64,000 bases of DNA from an uncultured Gemmatimonadaceae bacterium (GTDB lineage Bacteria; Gemmatimonadota; Gemmatimonadetes; Gemmatimonadales; Gemmatimonadaceae): contig CAWHHI010000004.1 of NCBI GenBank assembly GCA_963829055.1, forward strand, positions 192,001 through 256,000, read 5' to 3'. Positions 1 to 11,435 of this stretch are shown here, in pieces; positions within the stretch are counted from its first letter, which is position 1, and every line of letters starts with the position of its first letter. Below the pieces are notes generated by a model that was not told where the DNA came from, did no database searches, and saw only the letters and a program-made list of their open reading frames with translations. The position numbers were made by a program, and so were the translations under genes.

Positions 1-386
1 CGAAGCGGTTCAAGAACAACATCTTCATGCACGTCATTCGCGGAGGCCCGGCGGGCGGCGGCTATTCGACGGCCGAGGATCTCGTTAGGTTCGCCGAGTC
101 GCTCAAGTCGGGCAAGCTGGTGTCGGCGGCGACGTACGAGTTGCTGACGACGCCCAAACCCGACGTCAATTCGCCGGAGTACGGGTACGGGTTCGGCGTG
201 GATTCGCAGACCGGCATCGTCGGTCACAGCGGAGGCTTCCCGGGCATCAGCTCGAACCTCGACATCTTCAAGGGCAGCGGCTACGTCGCCGTCGTGATGT
301 CGAACTACGGGGGCGCGAGCCAACCGGTGGTGGAGAAGATCCGGACCCTCGTGAAGGCCCGCACGGCCGGGACGGCCGCCCAGTAA
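1..386 (+). CDS. Serine hydrolase (beta-lactamase family), 3' part, truncated by window edge
   Basis: GGPAGGGYSTAEDL, YGYGF and GHSGGFPG motifs typical of the serine hydrolase C-terminus; stop at 386. Confidence 0.85.
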   Translation, partial: KRFKNNIFMHVIRGGPAGGGYSTAEDLVRFAESLKSGKLVSAATYELLTTPKPDVNSPEYGYGFGVDSQTGIVGHSGGFPGISSNLDIFKGSGYVAVVMSNYGGASQPVVEKIRTLVKARTAGTAAQ

Positions 387-410
387 ACCTCGCCGTTCGC
401 GGCGACGACC

Positions 411-1433
411 TCACCGCAGCCGAATGAAGGCGAGGCCGTTGTTGGGATTCATCGGGATCACGAGCTGATTCGCGCCGGCATCGTAGCACATCGATGCGGC
501 GCTCGGAATGTTACGGGCGATGAGCTCGGCGGGCTGACCCGAGCGGATCCGTGAGACTCCGCCGTTCACGACGCTACTCACGTACTTCGTGCCGTCGCGC
601 ATGATCACGAGACCGTCGTTGCCGGCCTGCGCCGCCTTCTCGGTGCGCACGAGCCGGCCCTCGGGTGAGAACGTGAGCACCTCATCGTTGCCGATGTTCA
701 CGACGACGACGTTTCCCTGTGCGTCGAACGCGACGCCGTTCGGCTGAAGCAGGGGCGCACCCTGCACGAAGATCGACGCAGTGCCGTTAGGCGTGATCTT
801 CCAGACCTGCCAGGATGTGGAGTCGGCGCGGGTTCCCGTTTGCGTCGCGTAGATCGTTCCGTCGTTCGCGACCTCGATGTCGTTGAACCACGCCACGCGG
901 TCGACGCGGATCTCGCCCGCCGGCGCGCCCGTCTTCATGTCGAACTGGCGAATGACCGCGACACTCGGATCGTTAGGCGTGGTGGCGCCGTCGCGATCGG
1001 CGACGTAGAGCTTCCCGTTCGCGATGTCGCTGCCGTACGGCTCGTTCAACACGAGCGGCGGCGTGAGACTCGCGCGCTCGGGCGGGTTCTGCACGCCGAT
1101 CCATCGCGCGGTGTGAACGGAGCCGTCGTGGTTGATGAACGAGACCCACGCGTTGTTCGTCTGCACGTTCTGCGGGACCCCGCGATTCGGCACGACGATG
1201 ACGCCGCGGTCCGCGTCGTACGAACAGCTCTCGGCCGAGTAGATCGCGCCGAAGACTTTGACGTTCGAGGAGACCGGCTCGAACGCTCCCGTCGTCGCAG
1301 GTGTGACCGGCAGCCCGACTCGATTGCCGACGGAGTAGGGCTGCGGCCCCTGCGGTTGCTGTGCCGCCAGGGGGCCCGCGCCGACAGTGGCAACTACCGC
1401 TATCAGGGCAGTCAGGCAGTCGATTCGCTTCAT
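411..1433 (-). CDS. Secreted SMP-30/gluconolactonase/LRE-like beta-propeller protein
   Basis: Signal peptide; SAESCSYD, WFNDIEV, QPNGVAFD, GNDGL propeller motifs. Confidence 0.75.
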   Translation of the reverse strand: MKRIDCLTALIAVVATVGAGPLAAQQPQGPQPYSVGNRVGLPVTPATTGAFEPVSSNVKVFGAIYSAESCSYDADRGVIVVPNRGVPQNVQTNNAWVSFINHDGSVHTARWIGVQNPPERASLTPPLVLNEPYGSDIANGKLYVADRDGATTPNDPSVAVIRQFDMKTGAPAGEIRVDRVAWFNDIEVANDGTIYATQTGTRADSTSWQVWKITPNGTASIFVQGAPLLQPNGVAFDAQGNVVVVNIGNDEVLTFSPEGRLVRTEKAAQAGNDGLVIMRDGTKYVSSVVNGGVSRIRSGQPAELIARNIPSAASMCYDAGANQLVIPMNPNNGLAFIRLR

Positions 1434-1610
1434 GGACAGTCTCCAGTCATGTCGTGCGTTCTCGTGCGTTTAGAGGCGCTGCGTACCATTCTAGTCGCCC
1501 TGGTGCGGATGACGCATGCTGCCACAGCGAGCCCTAGCATCGTCCCTGTCGCTCGAGCGGTAGAGCAGCGACTTGTTTCGGTCCGGTCCGCGTTGTGCGA
1601 AGCGGACGGT

Positions 1611-2624
1611 ATGCCGTCTCCGCTGCTCTCGTTCTTCTCAGGGCGCTTCGCCGGAAGGCGCGCCGTCGAAACGATCGTGCCGGAGCGAACGTTCGCCGAC
1701 GTCATCCTTCCGCCCGCGACGCGCGCTACGCTCGATCAGGCGCTGAGCCAGGTCCGCAACCACGGGCTCATATTCGGCCGCTGGGGGCTCGGCGAGCGAC
1801 ACGCGACCGGGCTTGGCCTCGCGTTCAACTTTGCTGGGCCCCCCGGCACCGGTAAAACCATCTGCGCGGAGGCAATCGCGCACGCGCTCGGTAAGAAGTT
1901 GCTCATCGTCAACTACGCCGAAGTCCACTCGATGTGGGCGGGTGAGACCTCGAAGAACGTCGCGAGCCTCTTTCGCGCGGCGGCCGAGCAGGACGCCGTG
2001 CTGCTGTTCGACGAAGCGGACGCCATCGCCGCGCGTCGTTTCGGGCGCACGAGCCACGGGCTCGAGCGCGAGGCCAACACTACCGTCAACGTGCTCCTTC
2101 GCGAGCTCGAGAACTTCAATGGCGTCGTCATTTTCGCGACGAACCTCGCGGCCAACTTCGATCCCGCGTTCGAGCGGCGCATCCGCACCCACGTGATGTT
2201 CGAGATGCCGGGCCTCGAGGAGCGCGAACGCATCTGGCAGGTGCAGTTGCATCCAACGAAAACGCCGCTCGCCGATGACGTGGACTTCCGGGTACTCGCC
2301 GAGCGTTTCGCGGTGAGCGGCGGCGACATCAAGAACGCGGTGTTGAAGGCGGCAGCGGCTGCCGCATCCGAGCCCGGGCCTGACGTCGGAAAGCGTATTC
2401 ATCAACGGCACTTCGAGCGCGCGATGGAAGACGTCGTGGGGAATCGGAGCGTGATGCGGCAGTCGGTGCTCGACGACGACGCGCTCCAACGCACCGACCC
2501 CGCTGTTCAGGTCGTCCAGGCGATGGAGGAGCGCTGGCGGATGACGGCGCTGCTGGCGGCCGGGCTCGCGGCGCTTGCGCTCATTGTAGCGGTTGGTGCA
2601 CTGGGCATCGTGCTCGGTCGATAA
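1611..2624 (+). CDS. AAA+ ATPase with C-terminal hydrophobic anchor
   Basis: Walker A GPPGTGKT, Walker B LLFDEAD, ATN..DPAFERR; ATG at 1611 within ORF 840..2624; hydrophobic tail. Confidence 0.85.
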   Translation: MPSPLLSFFSGRFAGRRAVETIVPERTFADVILPPATRATLDQALSQVRNHGLIFGRWGLGERHATGLGLAFNFAGPPGTGKTICAEAIAHALGKKLLIVNYAEVHSMWAGETSKNVASLFRAAAEQDAVLLFDEADAIAARRFGRTSHGLEREANTTVNVLLRELENFNGVVIFATNLAANFDPAFERRIRTHVMFEMPGLEERERIWQVQLHPTKTPLADDVDFRVLAERFAVSGGDIKNAVLKAAAAAASEPGPDVGKRIHQRHFERAMEDVVGNRSVMRQSVLDDDALQRTDPAVQVVQAMEERWRMTALLAAGLAALALIVAVGALGIVLGR

Positions 2625-2717
2625 TCGCGGCGCCGCGCTGCTCGCGCTCGAGGCGGTTGCCGCTACTTCCACCGCGCAGCTCGAGTTGGACCCGCGCTTG
2701 CTCACGCTGCGTGGGAA

Positions 2718-4428
2718 ATGCGTCCGAATAGTCACTTCTCTCGAGCCACGAGGGTGCTGTGCGTAACATGGCCACTCGCGTGGGCGGTGCCCGCCCGCGT
2801 GGGTGCGCAGCAGAGCACGGCGCCCGCTACGTCTGCAACGCAGACAGTCGTCGCCGCTCCACCAACAGGAGGCGAAGCACCTAACTCTCCGCGCAGCGCC
2901 CTCAGGCGTTTCTTGGCGCTGGCCGACGAGGGCGACTTCGTCGGAGCGGCCCAGGTGCTCATGCCCGACGTGAGAGATAGAGTTCGGGCCGCCGAAACGG
3001 CCCGCCGGATCTACGAGGTCATGCGACGGCGAGTGGTGATCGACCTCGACAGCGTCTCCCCACTGGCGGAGGGAGATGTCACCGACGCCGAGCCCGTCCT
3101 GCAGGACCGCGTCGGCGTCATGTACGGCCGCGGCGGGGAGCAGTCGAGGCCGATCGTGCTGCGCCGCATAACGCGTGACAGGGAACAGCGGTGGGTGCTC
3201 GCGCCGGAGTCGGTCACGGCCCTCGAGACGGCGTACACGAGCCTCCCACGGTCGTGGGCCGAGGGTCGTCTGCCTCGAACTCTGCTCGAGTCCGGCCCAC
3301 TCGGCATTCCGCGATGGAAGTGGGCCTGGGGGATTTTCGCCCTCCCGATCGTCTGGCTGCTCACGCTCGTCCTCTCGGCGGGCCTGCGCGAGATCGCGGG
3401 AGCAGTGGCCCGCCGCACGACGACGAAGTGGGACGACGAGCTGGTGCGCCGACTACGCGAGCCGATGCGGCTGTTCCTGGCGTCGATTCTCGCACTGCCG
3501 GCAGTCGTGCTCCTCGAGCTCGACGCGAATACCACCGCGACCGCGTGGCGCATCCTGCGAGGGCTCACGATCGTCTCCGTCTTCTGGATGCTGCTGCGCA
3601 TGATCGGCGTTGCGCAGGAGCACCTCGCGCGAAAGGCGTGGGCGTCCGACCGCGCAAACGCGCAGACGATCGTGCCGCTCATCGGCCGGACGCTCCGCGT
3701 CGGACTCGGCGTCGTGGCGCTGCTGGTCGCGATCTCGCAGTTCGGCTACCCCGTGGCCACCTTGCTCGCCGGCTTCGGGCTCGGCGGCATCGTGGTGGCG
3801 CTAGCGGCGCAGAAGACCGTCGAGAACCTGTTCGGGTCGGTGACGCTCGCGGCCGACCGGGTCTTCCGCGTCGGCGACTGGGTGAAGTTCGAAGGGGCAG
3901 AGGGCGCCGTCGAGCGGATCGGGCTCCGCTCGACCCACGTACGGACGATGGACCGCACTCTGGTGAAGGTGCCTAACGGGCGGCTGGCGGACCTGCGCAT
4001 CGAGTCGTTCGGCGAGCGCGACCGGATCCGGTTCTTCACTACGATCCGCCTGGTGTACGGCACGACCGCATCACAGCTCCGGGCTGTCATCCGCGACACC
4101 GAGACCCTCCTCGACTACCCACGCCCGCGTGTGGCCCGAGGGCATCGCCGTCCGGCTTGTCGCGTTAGGCGAGTACAGCCTCGACGTGAACGTGAACGCG
4201 TGGTTCGCGATGACCAACTACGCCGAGTTCGAGCTCATACGCCAGGATGTCCTCCTGTCCATCATGGACATCGTCGAGCGCACCGGTACCCGGCTGGCCA
4301 TGCCGATGCAGGTGCTCCGTATCGAGGAGAACGGGAACGGCAGTGAGTCTGCCGCTCCCGCGCGCGGAGCAGCCGCGGCCGCGGCTGTCGCCGGTTCTCA
4401 TGTGCAGCCGGGCGTCGCCGACCGCTGA
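2718..4428 (+). CDS. MscS-family mechanosensitive channel (frameshift near 4110)
   Basis: ALAAQKTVENLFG, FRVGDWVK, VERIGLRST, VPNG; C-terminus continues in ORF 4129..4428. Confidence 0.85.
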
Positions 4429-4692
4429 CGCAATCGCGGATCGATCTGCGCCTTCGCTTTGCGGGCGAGGGGGGCGCTCATCGCGCTTTCAGCGACGCGG
4501 GGTCGAGCCCACTCCACATCCGTTCGGCGACCTGTCTCGCCTCGCGCAGTGCTCGCGCGCCATCGGCGGCGAGCTTCACGTACCGGCGTGGCTTGCCCCC
4601 TCGCTCGGGTCATAATCCGGCAAGCAGAACTCTTGGTGGGACTGAACAGGTCAGTGCGGTGGCGCCTGTCGCGCGCTACGTTTCTCGCAACC

Positions 4693-5074
4693 ATGCGACG
4701 TCGGTCCCCGGTCACCCGCGCACTCTTCAGCCTCACCGCCCTCGTCACGGTGTGGTGCCTCGGCTGCAGCGCGTTCGACCCGCTCATCGCCAGGCTGATC
4801 TCCAGCGACGGCCCGATGATGGTGTGCGCGTCCGAAGCTCCGGCATCGGTTCAGGCGGCGGGGTCAGACAATCCCGTCGGTAAGTGCCCCGGCGGACCGT
4901 GATGCGAGCGACGGCGCCACGTGTGGGTGCGCGTCGTGTACCGCGCCCGCGCCGACTGGTTTCGCGGTCGCCGGACCGGCTCAGGCGTTACCGCAGCAGC
5001 CCACGACCGACGCCGGCTCGCCGACGAGCGTCGTGCGTACCCCGCTCGTCCCGCCGCCCCAGCGCGCTGCCTAA
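4693..5074 (+). CDS. Small exported Cys-motif leader protein upstream of metal efflux operon (CzcI/DUF2946-like layout)
   Basis: MRRRSPVTRALFSLTALVTVWCLGC signal/TM; after one +1 shift near 4875 reads DGATCGCASCTAP...RTPLVPPPQRAA-stop. Confidence 0.6.
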
Positions 5075-5214
5075 CGGGAGACGTGTGTCCGCGCGCGACG
5101 CGATCGCGCCAGCGGACTGACCGTCGGCTCGTCCGAGTCCTCGACGAATCGCCCCGCGGCGGCAGAGCCGTGGTGCTCGCTCAACGACACAACACGCCAC
5201 GCCGGACAGAAAAC

Positions 5215-6638
5215 ATGATCGGTCACCGTTCGTCGGTCCTACGCCGTCGACGCCAGCGCTCCGCCATTGTGCGTGCGACATTCCTCGCCGCGATAGCGGG
5301 AGTCACTAGCCACGGCGCCATCGGCAGGAGCACAGGCCGGTCACTCGGCCGTGGGCGTCCAAGCCCTCACGCTGCACGACGTGCTCGACAGCGCGCTCGC
5401 GCGCCACCCGCTCGTCGAAGCAGCGCACGCCCGGGTCCGTGCCGCGCACGGCACTCGAACAACTGCCGGCGCGTTCGGGAACCCGATGCTGAGCTACGAC
5501 GTCGAGAACGCCCCGTTCCCGGGCGGGAGCCGGGTCACCGGAATGGCACGCGAGACGATGACGACCGCCACGCTGCCACTCGAGAGCATTGTCCAGCGAT
5601 TCCCTCGGACGCGACGCGCCGACGCGGAGGTGCGCGCGGCCGAGGCGGATGCACGCGGGGTACGCCAGCAGCTCGCGCTCGACGCGTCGCGGGCGTTCTT
5701 CCGAACGGCACTCGCGCAAGTCAGCATCGAGGTCGCGCGGGGACCTGACCACGTGGCTCGACTCCGTCGTCGCCTACAACCGGACGCGCGTCGAGGAAGG
5801 TGTCGCGGCGGAAGCGGATCTGATCCGGGCCGAGCTGGAACGCGACCGCGCCGCGGCGCAGCTGACGCTGCACGAGGCCGACTACGCGCGCACGCGCGCC
5901 GAGCTCGCGGCCTTCCTCGGCGACCTCAGGTCAGGTGTCCCGAACGTCGTCGTCACGATCGATGACGCGCCGATACCGCTGCCAGACTTCCCGGACTCGT
6001 CGAGTGCGCGCATCGACGCGCACGCCGCTCCGCTCGCAGTCGCGCAGACAGACCTCGAGCGCCGGCCGGACGTGCGAGCGGCGCGCGAACGCCTAACGTC
6101 TGCGGGAGCCGGAGTCTCGGTCGAGCGCGCTACCATCCTGCGCGAGCTCGGGGCCACGTTCGGCGCGAAGCGTACCGCCGGGACAACGTCGATGGTGGCT
6201 GGGCTCAGCCTGCCGCTGCCGATCTTCGATCCGAATCGCGGCGAGATCGCTCGCGCGTCCGCCGAGCGCGACGTGGCGGCGCTCGACCTCGCGGCACGGG
6301 AGCGCACGGCGCGTGCGGAGTTGGCGGGCGCTTACGAGGCGGCGCGACTTCTGACAGCGCAGGTGTCGCTGCTCACTCGCGGAACTGCCGGTCGGCCAGC
6401 GTTCCTTTCCCGCGCCGATGAGGCGCGTCGCATCGCGCTCGGCGCGTATCGCGAGGGCGCAGTTCCCCTGCTGCAGGTCATCGACGCGGCCCGAGCGTGG
6501 GGTGACGCGCGGCTCGCGTTCTACGAGACGTTATACGCACAGCACGAGAGCGTCGCGCTGCTGCTCGTCGCACGGGGCGATGACCTGTTCACCGAACTGC
6601 CCGCGCTCGCGCGCAGTGGGCAGCGAACTCCGCGCTGA
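5215..6638 (+). CDS. TolC/CzcC-family outer membrane efflux protein (frameshifted)
   Basis: LTLHDVLDSALARHP, RRPDVRAA, LSLPLPIFDPNRG, AYREGAVPLLQVIDA across ORFs 5351..5965 and 5589..6638. Confidence 0.85.
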
Positions 6639-6651
6639 CCGAGGCGACGAC

Positions 6652-7990
6652 ATGCCATTCATTGACGAAACAGGCGACGTTAGGCCGTCACCTCGCGGCG
6701 CCCGACTGATTGGTGCCCTGGCTCGAGCCACAACGATCGCCGCACTCATCGGGTGTCGGGATAATACCGCCGAGAAGGGCGAGACCATGAAGGACGACAC
6801 GGCGCGAAAGGTGGCGTCGGCCGACAGCGGGGCGGCGGGGAAGGGAATGGCCGGGATGAACATGGCATCGCCGACGGTCGCACCGGACAGCGCCGCGGCA
6901 GCGGGCACGCAGGTCACGCTCACCGCGAGCCAGATACGCCACGGCGGCGTGGCGTGGCAGCCCGTGACCGTGGGCACGGCGGCGGCCGTGGTCTCCGTTC
7001 CCGGGCAGCTGGTGCCTAACGAAGATCGCACTGCGCGCCTCGGGTCGCCGGCGTCCGGTCGGGTCATCGCCGTCCGGTCTCGTCCGGGGGACCGCGTCGC
7101 GCGAGGCCAGGTGCTCGTCACGCTGCAGAGCCCCGAGGCGGGCGGGGCACAATCCGACTACGCCAAGGCGCAGGCGGAGCTCACGTCGCAGCGCGCGCAG
7201 GCCACGTACGCGAAAAGCGCCCGCGCCCGCGCGGAACGTCTGCTCGCGCTCAAGGCGATCCCGCGGCAGGACTACGAGCGCGCGGTCGCCGACGACGAGC
7301 TTGCGCAGAGCGCGGTCGTTCAGGCGGAGGCCGAGTTGACGCGAGCGCGCAGCTCGGCGGAACAACTCGGGGCGATCGGCTCGGCCAACGGGGAGATCGC
7401 GTTGACGACGCCGCTGGCCGGTGTTGTTCTGGCGCGGACCGCTGTGCCAGGGACCGTGGTGGAGGCCGGCGCGCCGCTCGTCGTCGTCACTGATCCAACG
7501 ACGCTCTGGCTGACGATCAACGCGCCGGAGTCGCTCGCTGGCGCATTCCGCACGGGCGCGACAATGAGCTTCAGGGTCCCGGCCTACTCTCGGGAGTTGT
7601 TTACGGCGCGCGTCGACGCGGTCGGGGCCGGCCTCGACCCCGGCACGCGGACCCTTCCGGTGCGCGCCACGGTCGACAACCGCAGCTGGCCGGCTCAAAC
7701 CCGAGATGCTTGCGACGGTCATGGCAGCCGGCGGCCCACAGGTCGCGGCGGCGATCGTGCCTGACGCGGCGGTGCAGATGCTCAAGGGAAAAACCGTCGT
7801 GTTCATCGCCCGGCCCGCGCCTAACGGGAGTGCGACGTTCACGCGCCGCGAGGTGGAGGTCGGCTCTCGAGCGGACGGCCGCGCCGCGATCCTCAGCGGC
7901 CTCGCAGCGGGCGATGTCGTCGTGACCACGGGCGCCTTCGCGGTGAAGGCCGAGTTCGAGAAGGGCAGCATGCCGAAGATGGAGATGTGA
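6652..7990 (+). CDS. RND efflux periplasmic adaptor, CzcB/CusB family (frameshift near 7690)
   Basis: PGDRVARGQVLVTL, TPLAGVV, LDPGTRTLPVRA, VPDAAVQ, GLAAGDVVV; Met-rich segments KGMAGMNM and SMPKMEM. Confidence 0.88.
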
Positions 7991-7992
7991 CG

Positions 7993-10900
7993 ATGACCGT
8001 TCCACGCAGCGTCATCGAGCGCGTGATCGACGCGTCGATCCGGCATCGCGCGATCGTCATCGGCGCGACACTCGCCGTCGCCGCCGCGGGCACCTGGGCA
8101 TTCGCGACGCTCAAGACGGACGCCTTTCCCGACCTGACGCCGAACCAGGTGCTCGTCATGACCGAGGCGCCCGGACTCTCGCCCGTCGAGGTCGAGAATC
8201 AGGTCACGTACCCGATGGAGGTCGCGATGCTCGGCCTCCCGCGCACGACCGATGTCCGATCGATCTCGAAGGTCGGGACTCTCCGTCGTTACCGTGACGT
8301 TCGAAGACGACGTCGACCTCTACTTCGCGCGCGCGCAGGTGCAGCAGCGCATGCAGGACGCAATAATGTCCCTGCCCGATGGAGCAGAGCCGATGCTCGG
8401 GCCGCCGGCGACAGCGATGGGGGAGGTGTTCCAGTACCTCGTCGAGGCGGACGACGGCGCACGAGACAGCCTGACCTTGCTCAACCTGAGCAACGTTCAG
8501 GCGTACGTGATCGCGCCACTCCTTCGAACCGTGCCCGGCGTCGCGTCGGTGAACGCGTGGGGCGGTCTCGAGCAGCAGTTCGAGGTGCTCGCCGATCCCG
8601 CGAAGCTCGCCGGCTTCGGCCTCACGCTCCACGACCTCGAGACCGCGCTCGCGAACAACAACGCGAACTTCGGCGGCGGCTACATCGAGGACCGCGGCGA
8701 GCGCCTAACGCTGCGCGGCCTCGGGCGGGTTGCTGACACGACCGACATCGCGAACGTCGTCGTCGCCACGCGGGAGGCGACGCCGGTCTACGTCCGTGAC
8801 GTGGCGCGCGTCACGATCGGCGGCGCACCGCGATTCGGCGCCGTGACGCGGGACGCGCGCGGGGAGGCGTTGTCGGCGGCCGTCATCATCCTCAAGGGCT
8901 CGAACGGACGCGAGGTCGTCTCCCGCGTGCTCGCGCGGCTCGAGGAGATCAAACGCGTTCTGCCGCGCGGGGTCACCATCCGCCCGTTCTACAACCAGGG
9001 CGAGGTCGTCGAGCGCACGACCCACACGGTGTTCCGGAACCTCATCGAAGGGGCACTGCTCGTCACCGCGATCCTGTTCCTGTTCCTCCGCACGTTCCGC
9101 GCGTCGCTCGTCACGGCGTCCGTCATCCCGCTCTCGTTGTTGATCGCGTTCCTCGCCATGCGCGAGTTCGGCGTCTCGGCCAACCTCATGAGCCTCGGGG
9201 CGCTCGACTTCGGCCTCATCGTCGATGCGTCGGTGGTGATGGTCGAGAACTACGTGCGCCGGCTGCACGGCCAGCACGCACTCGCGCCTGACGCACGGCG
9301 CGACCTGATACGCGAGGCGGCGTTCGAGGTCGGTCGCCCCGTCGTGTTCGGCGTCGCGATCATCGTCGCGGTGTACGTGCCCATTTTCACGCTCGAGGGG
9401 CTCGAGGGCCGCATGTTCCGGCCGATGGCGTTCACCGTCTGCGCGGCCGTGCTCGGCTCACTCCTCCTCGCGCTCACGTACGTTCCCGCCGCGTCAGCGT
9501 ACGTCTTCGCACGCGAGGGCGGCGCGCGAACGTCGCGACGCACCCACGAGGACGCGCGTTGGTTCGTTGCGTTGCGCGCGAAGTACGCCGGAGCGCTCGA
9601 GTGGGCGCTCACACATCGCCGCGCCGTGGTCGGCGGCGCACTGGCGTTGCTCGCCGTGTCGCTCGGGTCAGTCCCGTTCCTCGGCACCGAGTTCATGCCG
9701 AAGCTCGACGAGGGCTACATGCTGATCGAGACGCGCCGCGCGCCGAGTGCGGCGCTGGCGCAGGGCATCGCCGTCTCCGAGGACGTGGAGCGCACGCTCA
9801 GATCCCTTCCCGAGGTGGCGCGCGTCGTGACGAACCTCGGCCGGCCGCACGAGGCGACCGAGACGATGGCGCTCAACCAGGGCGACGTATACGTGACGTT
9901 CAAACCGAAGCGCGAGTGGCGCGACGGTTCGCTGGACGCGTTGATCGAGCGCATGGACTCGGCGCTCGCGGAGATTCCGGGACTCGACTACGAGTTCAGC
10001 GCGCCGATGCGCATGCGGCTCGACGAAGTGATCTCGGGCGTCCGCACCGACCTGGGCGTGAAGCTCTACGGCGACAGCCTGCCGCTGCTCCAGGAGAAGG
10101 CGGCTGAGGTCGAGCGCGTCATTGCCGCAGTGCCGGGCGCCGAAGACGTGTCGGTCGGCGCGAGCGCCGGTGCGATGCAGCTCGAGGTCGATCTCGATCG
10201 CGCGGCGATCGCGCGCTACGGCCTCAACGTCGCGGACGTGCGCGAGGCCGTCGAGTCGGGGATCGGCGGGGCCGCAACGACGGAGGTGCTGGATGGGCGG
10301 CGACGCTACCCGATTGTCGTTAGGCTCGACGCGCCCTACCGCTCGACGCCCGAGGCCGTGGGCCAGACGCTGATCCGGACACCGGCGGGGGGAACGGTGA
10401 CCCTGTCGCAGGTGGCGCGCCTGCGGACCGTGGAAGGACCGGAGGTCGTCGAGCACGAGGGGGGCCAGCGCTTCGTGGTCGTGAAGAGCAACGTGCGCGG
10501 GCGCGACCTCGGCAGCTTCGTGGCCGACGTCCGACGCGCGGTCGCCGAGCGGGTGACAATGCCGCCCGGCTACTTCACGGCGTACGGCGGGCAGTTCGCG
10601 AACCAGGCACGCGCGACGCGGCGACTCGCGGTCATCGTGCCGCTCGTGCTGCTCCTCATCGTCGTTCTGCTCTACGCGAGCTTCGGGAGTGTGCGGCACG
10701 CGCTGCTCGTCATGCTCAACGTGCCGTTTGCGCTCGTTGGCGGGATCGCCGCGCTCTGGCTGCGCGGTCTGAATCTCAACCTCAGCGCGTCGGTCGGCTT
10801 CATCGCGCTGTTTGGCGTCGCGGTGCTCAACGGCGTCGTGCTGCTGTCGTACATCAACCAGCTTCGGGCTGCCGGCCGCACGTTAGGCGACGCCGTCCGT

Positions 10901-11173
10901 GAGGGTGCCGCGGTTCGGCTGCGGCCCGTGCTCATGACCGCGCTCGTCGCATCGGTCGGCTTCATCCCGATGGCCGTTTCCACGAGTGCGGGCGCCGAGG
11001 TGCAGCGGCCGCTCGCGACGGTGGTTATTGGCGGCCTCGTGTCTTCGACGTTCTTGACTCTCCTCGTGCTACCGACCGTCTTCGCGTGGCTGGAGGAGAG
11101 ACGACTCGCGAGGAAGTCGCTTCCGGCGGAGCGAATACCGGCCGCCGGCGACCCGTCGGCTGCGATTGGGTGA
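7993..11173 (+). CDS. czcA: CzcA/CusA-family heavy-metal RND permease (frameshift near 8275)
   Basis: DAFPDLTPNQV, ANLMSLGALDFGLIVD, EGRMFRPMA, RLRPVLMTALVA, GAEVQRPLATVVIGG. Confidence 0.92.
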
Positions 11174-11435
11174 GGACGGCCGGATGCCACATCGGAGCCA
11201 CGTGATGGCGGGCAATGCACCGCAGAACGCAACGCGTAGCGGAGTTCGACGATGCGCCTTGCCTCGGACCGCCATCCGCTTAACGTGCTTGTGGGAGGTA
11301 TGCGGTTCGCCGTGAACGTGGACGGCTGTTCGCGAACCGCGCGCGGCGAGTGGCTGAAGATCTTCATGAGGTAAGGGTCGCACCAGAACCATCGGTGGTG
11401 TGTGTGCCATTCCGCACCGTCGCAGGTGTGGTTCA

